Position numbers and translations under genes: made by a program
Shown: positions 5,530-10,633 of the stretch, in pieces
Position numbering within the stretch: the first letter of the stretch is position 1
How the letters are laid out: each line of letters begins with the position of its first letter
Origin: a candidate division WOR-3 bacterium
Lineage (GTDB): Bacteria; Hydrothermota; Tepidihabitantia; SM23-42; JAOAFX01
Direction of reading: 5' to 3'
DNA length: 10,633 bases
NCBI GenBank assembly: GCA_039802265.1
Contig: JBDRWI010000070.1
Coordinates: forward strand, 1 to 10,633
Notes under the pieces: model-generated
What the model was told of the DNA's origin: nothing
What the model saw: the letters and a program-made list of their open reading frames with translations, nothing else
The model's database searches: none

Positions 5530-8334
5530 ATGAAGTTAAAGATTCTTGTTTTATTTATTGTCTTGAACTTCGTTAATGCACAATATGTCACACCAAAACA
5601 GGGGTGGTTTAATTTTACCACGCCATTTCCTGACACAGTCAATAATATAACACATATCGGCAGATTTATTCTTGAACCACCAGCAGGAATTAATGGAAGA
5701 GTAGTTGTCCAATCTGATGGGCATTTATATTTTGCTAATGGTCGTAGGGCAAAATTCTTTGGTACAAATTTCTGTTTCTCTGCTACCTATCCATCCCAGT
5801 CAACAAGTATGAATGTCGCAGCACATATTGCAAAACAGGGTTTCAATATGGTTCGTTATCACCATATTGATGGTGCATTGACGAACGCTCCAGGTTCAAA
5901 TACGACAAGAAGATTGAATCATGAAGTCCTTGATAAATTTGATTACTTATTTTATCAACTGAAGCAAAAGGGGATTTATTCTGCAATTGATCTTTATAGC
6001 ATAAGATATTTCAAATCAGGGGATGGAATTCCTTTTTACGACAGTGTTAATCGCTCAATGGATGTAGTAAAAAGGGTTTATATGTTCTATGAACCAGCAT
6101 ATGCTCTTTTCCGTGATTACCCTGATAGCCTATTAAATCATACCAATCCATATACCGGCATTGCTTACAAGAATGAGCCAGCGCTTGTCTTCATCAATCC
6201 TATGAATGAAGGGACTCTTATTGACCATTATTTCTGGGATAACTGGGATAACCTCCAATCAAGTTATTATCTCCCAAGATTTTATAAAACTGAACTCCAG
6301 AACCAGTGGAATGACTGGTTATATAATAGATACCACTGGGATTCCACCTTAATTCGTGTCTGGTCAGGCGGTGATACAACCACAGGTCCTAATAAGATAA
6401 TCAATGGTGAATTTTCTGATACCCTGAATGGTGTTCCAAGGTATTGGTGGCTTAATCAATTCAGTGGCAATTCTACCTGGGGTGTCCAGAATACAGGATT
6501 AAGCCTTGAACCTGCAGTATTTGTCCATGTTTATACACCAGCACAGTATTCCTGGCATATTCAGTTATTACAGTCAGGATTTACAATAAATAGTGACTCT
6601 ACCTACCGTTTGAGTTTTAAAGCAAAATCAAGTAGAAATCGTAGTATGGATATTGTCATACAGAGAAATAGAACACCCTGGACTGTCTATTATTCAACAA
6701 CAGTCAATCTCACAACTTCTGGTCAGAATTACATTCTACCATTCTATTCGGGCACATCAGATACAGTCCAGTTAACATTCAATCTCGGGCTTGATACCGG
6801 CAGGGTCTGGATTGATGATGTTCAGTTGAGACGTGCGCCTTTCGCAAAGGTATTAGATCCAGGCGAAAGTCTTGCCACACGCACGATCAAACTTGTACGC
6901 TGGGGCAATCGCTATGATTATTCACCTTATCGCTATTTTGACCAGATAAGATTCTTTTATGAAAAAGAAGCAATATTTTATCAACGCATATCTACCCTTT
7001 TGAATGACACATTACACTGCCAATCCCTCATCACTTCTTCATTTTTCTGGGCAAATCAACTCCATCAATATACTTGGGCAAATCTGGTACCGGTAATGGA
7101 TGCCCATCCATATTTTGACCATCCTGATTTTCCCAATCAACCCTGGGATACACTTGACTTTAGAATTACAAATGCATATTTTGGAGATGGCAGTAATGGT
7201 GAATGGTTTTTCACATATATGAATCAGTGTGCATCAGCGCAGAAACCAATGATTATCACCGAATGGCAACATCCAGCACCCTGTGAGTCAAGGTATGTTA
7301 CACTCTTGCCATTTGCGAGTTATTGTGGGTTGAGAGACTATGATGCAATAATAAACTTTGCCTTTGCCCATTCTGAGGGTGGGTTCTCAAACAATCGTAT
7401 AAGACCATTCTTTGATGCTGCAGGGCAGCCAATACATTTCGTTTTTCTGAGGATGGCAGCACTTGCGTTTCTGCGTGATGTTAGACCTGAAGACCTTGAG
7501 CGAACTCCCTGGATGAGTTTTAATTCTGATCAGATAATAAGGGATATTTATGCAGGTAACTACTGGAACAGGGCAATATCAAGTTCACCAAGGGATCGCA
7601 TTTTCAATCAATTCCACTGGAATTCACAAAAGGCAATATTCAAAGTTAATTCAAAAAGAACAAAAACATTTGCCGGGAGGACTGCTGGTGATACCATTGT
7701 TCTGGGTGGGATAAAGGTAATCGGAAATACCGATGGGATAATCGGGTTCACAAAGATTGATAGTACACAGAACCAACAGACCTTTCTTGTTGCCTCCCTC
7801 GCCCGCACCGAGAATACAAATATGGTCTGGGTTGAACAAACAAAAACCCAGGGAATGTTAAACTGGGGAGCTTCGCCCTGTCAAGTGGAAAGTGTATCAT
7901 ATTATACGCAATGGCACGCAGACTCTTTACTTGTCAGTAAACTGAATCCTTGGGGGAATATCATAAGCTCAACAAAGATAATCGGTTCAAATCATATTAC
8001 AAACTGGTTGGTCAGAACCGGTATTGATTCTATTCCCTGGTATCGGGTGACGGCTTACGGGTATTCTGATACACTCGTGGGCATTCTTGATAAAAATATT
8101 GCTGAAAATAAAATAATTAGAATTGCAACTATCCAGAAAGCATTGATGTTCAAAGACCTGCCCGAGAATACAGAAATCAAGTTATATTCAGTGGACGGAA
8201 GACTCCTGTACCATAGAAAATTGTTTGAGGCAAGGAGAGAACTGATAATCAAAAATCTTGCCACCGGAATATATTTTTATTTGCTCAAAAACAAAGATTT
8301 TGATCAGAAAGGAAAATTAGTACTTATTGAATAA
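5530..8334 (+). CDS. Secreted clan GH-A (GH5-like) glycoside hydrolase with inserted CBM4/9 and T9SS type-A CTD
   Basis: DGHLYFANGRRAKFFGTN, GFNMVRYHHID, LDKFDY...LKQKGIY, NHTNPYTG..YKNEPA; acid/base N-E (Glu 6208); DAHPYFDHP; nucleophile ITEW (Glu 7261); CBM4/9-like NKIINGEF...WHIQL.Q...YRLSFKAKS...VWIDDVQL at about 6391-6830; SD GGAGG at 5520-5524; CTD LYSVDGR...LATGIYFY...KLVLIE. Confidence 0.88.
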   Translation: MKLKILVLFIVLNFVNAQYVTPKQGWFNFTTPFPDTVNNITHIGRFILEPPAGINGRVVVQSDGHLYFANGRRAKFFGTNFCFSATYPSQSTSMNVAAHIAKQGFNMVRYHHIDGALTNAPGSNTTRRLNHEVLDKFDYLFYQLKQKGIYSAIDLYSIRYFKSGDGIPFYDSVNRSMDVVKRVYMFYEPAYALFRDYPDSLLNHTNPYTGIAYKNEPALVFINPMNEGTLIDHYFWDNWDNLQSSYYLPRFYKTELQNQWNDWLYNRYHWDSTLIRVWSGGDTTTGPNKIINGEFSDTLNGVPRYWWLNQFSGNSTWGVQNTGLSLEPAVFVHVYTPAQYSWHIQLLQSGFTINSDSTYRLSFKAKSSRNRSMDIVIQRNRTPWTVYYSTTVNLTTSGQNYILPFYSGTSDTVQLTFNLGLDTGRVWIDDVQLRRAPFAKVLDPGESLATRTIKLVRWGNRYDYSPYRYFDQIRFFYEKEAIFYQRISTLLNDTLHCQSLITSSFFWANQLHQYTWANLVPVMDAHPYFDHPDFPNQPWDTLDFRITNAYFGDGSNGEWFFTYMNQCASAQKPMIITEWQHPAPCESRYVTLLPFASYCGLRDYDAIINFAFAHSEGGFSNNRIRPFFDAAGQPIHFVFLRMAALAFLRDVRPEDLERTPWMSFNSDQIIRDIYAGNYWNRAISSSPRDRIFNQFHWNSQKAIFKVNSKRTKTFAGRTAGDTIVLGGIKVIGNTDGIIGFTKIDSTQNQQTFLVASLARTENTNMVWVEQTKTQGMLNWGASPCQVESVSYYTQWHADSLLVSKLNPWGNIISSTKIIGSNHITNWLVRTGIDSIPWYRVTAYGYSDTLVGILDKNIAENKIIRIATIQKALMFKDLPENTEIKLYSVDGRLLYHRKLFEARRELIIKNLATGIYFYLLKNKDFDQKGKLVLIE

Positions 8335-8337
8335 TCT

Positions 8338-9930
8338 CTAACGTATCAAAACCACTCTGCGAACTAAAGACTTATCGTCTGGTTTTAAATTGACAAAATA
8401 GACTCCTGCAGGTAATAAATTTCCTTTATCATCGGTTCCGTTCCAGATTAGATTTCTTTCACTGACCGTTAGATTCCTAACAATCTGTCCAAGAGAGTTG
8501 TAGATAATTACCAAATGAGACTTTTCACTGACTGTCGGGGTATGGATTACAAATCGTTTTCCTATTGTCGGAAAAATTCTAATTTCTTTAGTTGCTGACC
8601 CCTTCTTTTCTTCAATACCCACGGTATGGATTGGCACCGCAAGTTTTGCTAATGCGGCAACACCGGTCTTTATCACCTGGGTTGCAAAGGGCAGATGATT
8701 AACACCACAATTTGCATACAAATGTGGACCGAGTGTATCACCAATTGTATGATACATAGGTGTTAGCACCCGCTCAATCCCGAGCAATGCCTTATATCCT
8801 CTTTTCCAGAAACTTGCATGGTCAGAAGAACCGCTGGTCCCGGTATTTCTAACTTGTCTGATCTTTAATTGAGTATATGTGTCAGCAATTGCCTGGAAAA
8901 ACTGACAGACAAATAGACTGCAATTGGGGACAGCGGTTGTATAATGGGCATTCATTGTATCGCGATTAGGGTTTGCTGGTGTGACATAACCAATCATATC
9001 ATAGTTCAAAACCCCGAGAATCGTATCGCCATTACGCCAGGCTCGGGTTGCAAAGGAGTCGCTACCATATAAACCCAATTCTTCGGCATTGAATGCCACA
9101 TAATAGATTGTATTCTCAAATAGATAATCCTTCATAACCCTTGCTGCCTCAAGCATTGCAGTTGTGCCAGAGGCATTGTCATCTGCACCTGGTGCATAAC
9201 CACTTGATGGCACATCATCCAGATGCCCACCGATCAGGCAGTATCTTTTAATGCTCGGATAGAGATAACCTTTTTTTATGCCAACAACATTTGGTCCATA
9301 GTTGTTATTAAAATACTGGAAATACACACTATCACACCCGTAGCTCAGTAGTCTGTTTTTTATCCAGTTCACAGCGACAATCTTGTTTGAATCAGTGGTC
9401 GTATACCTCGTGTACATTCTTTGCATTCGTAAAATTGATGCCTGAATCGTATCCTGTGATACTGCCGCAACCATTTTTTGAATAAGGGTATCGGGTGCAA
9501 GATTATTTAGATTCAAGGGATAAGGGTCTTCATCAAGAAATCTAACTGGATCAAATGTCAATCTCTTCAATTCAACCCTGAGTTTATTCAATTCAAGAAC
9601 TTTATCCTCAGTAGTACGAAGTAATAAACAATCCTCATATTGGTCTATAATTTCTCCGCAACGAGCAATATTTGCCAAATCTTCCTCCATAAAATATACA
9701 ATCTGATAATATTTATCCCTTGGATTATCATCAAGAATTAAGTAAGGAATGTTCGCTTTTTCAAGAGTAAGAATATCTATTTCATTTGCGATAATCAATG
9801 TGTGATTCTCAATCAATTCTACTATATGAAAATTCCTATCCTGTAGATTGTCAACCCTGATTAGATATTCTGCCGAGAAAAGTGGATTTAAAGAAAACAG
9901 GATAACACTGAGAGGCAAGAATTTTTTCAT
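8338..9930 (-). CDS. Secreted M28-family zinc aminopeptidase with N-terminal prodomain and FlgD-Ig/T9SS CTD
   Basis: Signal peptide; NVVG, GGHLD, PGADDNASGT, FNAEELGLYGS, LNYDMIGY, SDHASFW, YHTIGDT motifs; CTD IYNSLGQIVRNL...IWNGTDDKGNLLPAGVYFV...RVVLIR; SD AAGGAG at 9941-9936. Confidence 0.93.
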   Translation of the reverse strand: MKKFLPLSVILFSLNPLFSAEYLIRVDNLQDRNFHIVELIENHTLIIANEIDILTLEKANIPYLILDDNPRDKYYQIVYFMEEDLANIARCGEIIDQYEDCLLLRTTEDKVLELNKLRVELKRLTFDPVRFLDEDPYPLNLNNLAPDTLIQKMVAAVSQDTIQASILRMQRMYTRYTTTDSNKIVAVNWIKNRLLSYGCDSVYFQYFNNNYGPNVVGIKKGYLYPSIKRYCLIGGHLDDVPSSGYAPGADDNASGTTAMLEAARVMKDYLFENTIYYVAFNAEELGLYGSDSFATRAWRNGDTILGVLNYDMIGYVTPANPNRDTMNAHYTTAVPNCSLFVCQFFQAIADTYTQLKIRQVRNTGTSGSSDHASFWKRGYKALLGIERVLTPMYHTIGDTLGPHLYANCGVNHLPFATQVIKTGVAALAKLAVPIHTVGIEEKKGSATKEIRIFPTIGKRFVIHTPTVSEKSHLVIIYNSLGQIVRNLTVSERNLIWNGTDDKGNLLPAGVYFVNLKPDDKSLVRRVVLIR

Positions 9931-9951
9931 TTTTACTCCTTTCCATATTAA

Positions 9952-9979
9952 ATTATAATCAATACTTTATCTTTGTCAA
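9952..9979 (-). promoter_or_regulatory. Consensus sigma70 promoter for the M28 gene
   Basis: Minus strand TTGACA(9979-9974), 16-bp spacer, TATAAT(9957-9952). Confidence 0.8.
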
Positions 9980-10055
9980 GATAGATTACGTTCATTCTTT
10001 TCCTTGATAAAAATTAGATAACTTTAATGTATTCTATGAATTTAGATTAAAGTGG

Positions 10056-10083
10056 TTGACATGCCGTGAAAAATTGATATACT
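10056..10083 (+). promoter_or_regulatory. Sigma70 promoter with extended -10 for the M50 gene
   Basis: TTGACA(10056-10061), 16-bp spacer ending in TGA, TATACT(10078-10083); ATG follows at 10090. Confidence 0.8.
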
Positions 10084-10089
10084 ATCACT

Positions 10090-10633
10090 ATGAAAATATT
10101 GATTAATATTTTAAAACAAAAGCTGCACTCTGGTTGGGTTATTGCCAACCATATCCTGGTTTCATTCCATGTTGCCTTTATCTCTTCTGTTTTGTGCATT
10201 CCAAAAGGTTTGCAGGGAAAGGAGGTATTAGGATTTGTCTTTACAAGTGTTGATACAATAATCTCGGCACTCTTCTGGTTTATAAGTTTCCATACCGGGA
10301 TCGCTATCCACGAGATGGGGCACTATTTGAGGGCGGTTAAATTAAATGCCCTGAATGAAAATATTTTGCCGGCAGCCCAAAAAAGATATAAAAGCCCAGG
10401 ATTAAGTAAACTATTCTGGTATTTAGAAATGTTCATCAAAATACCCTATGGAAAATTCACGGGAGTAAAGAAAGAAGGATTGACATATTATCCAGAAGCC
10501 CCATTCAATCTAAGCGTTGCGGCGGCAGGTCCTGAAATCAGTGGTAATATGGCACTTGTGATGTTGCCGATTGCAGTAATCCTGCTTGCAATTGGACTCA
10601 TTGGCTACCATATCATTCTCACCTATATTGGCA
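10090..10633 (+). CDS. 3'-truncated M50 (site-2 protease family) intramembrane zinc metalloprotease
   Basis: Not in the ORF track because it runs off the window. Manual translation MKILINILKQKLHSGWVIANHILVSFHVAF... gives hydrophobic segments, HEMGH (10309-10323) and VAAAGP followed by a transmembrane stretch. Confidence 0.85.
   Translation, partial: MKILINILKQKLHSGWVIANHILVSFHVAFISSVLCIPKGLQGKEVLGFVFTSVDTIISALFWFISFHTGIAIHEMGHYLRAVKLNALNENILPAAQKRYKSPGLSKLFWYLEMFIKIPYGKFTGVKKEGLTYYPEAPFNLSVAAAGPEISGNMALVMLPIAVILLAIGLIGYHIILTYIG

Noticed and set aside
70..8264. Shadow ORFs at 70-264, 975-1286, 1314-1538, 1559-2014, 4131-4457, 4743-4943, 7608-7808, 7651-7839 and 8055-8264
   Set aside because: All lie within long, motif-supported CDSs in another frame or strand and have no motifs of their own.

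Overview
AT-rich bacterial window with four complete genes and two partial genes. Five encode secreted proteins ending in a T9SS type-A or FlgD-Ig-like C-terminal sorting domain (CTD): a 5'-truncated protein, a beta-helix/choice-of-anchor-Q protein, a TolB-propeller + C39-like peptidase + golvesin-like protein, a GH5-like (clan GH-A) hydrolase with an inserted CBM4/9, and a convergent M28 peptidase. The sixth is a 3'-truncated M50 site-2 protease that is probably leaderless. Canonical sigma70 promoters (all with 16-bp spacers) and Shine-Dalgarno sites argue against Bacteroidota; an FCB-related lineage such as WOR-3 is an unverified guess. The most unusual content is non-coding. The spacers at 496-940 and 2432-3175 are stacks of unrelated short repeat families: GTAG- and GGAG-type REP hairpins, CCCCCTT..AAGGGGG palindromes, a GTCATTGCGAG..GCAATCTC element and heptamer tandems. 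No cognate transposase or nuclease is in the window, and the heptamer repeats also sit in frame inside the CTD of the first gene. No rRNA, tRNA or CRISPR array was seen.
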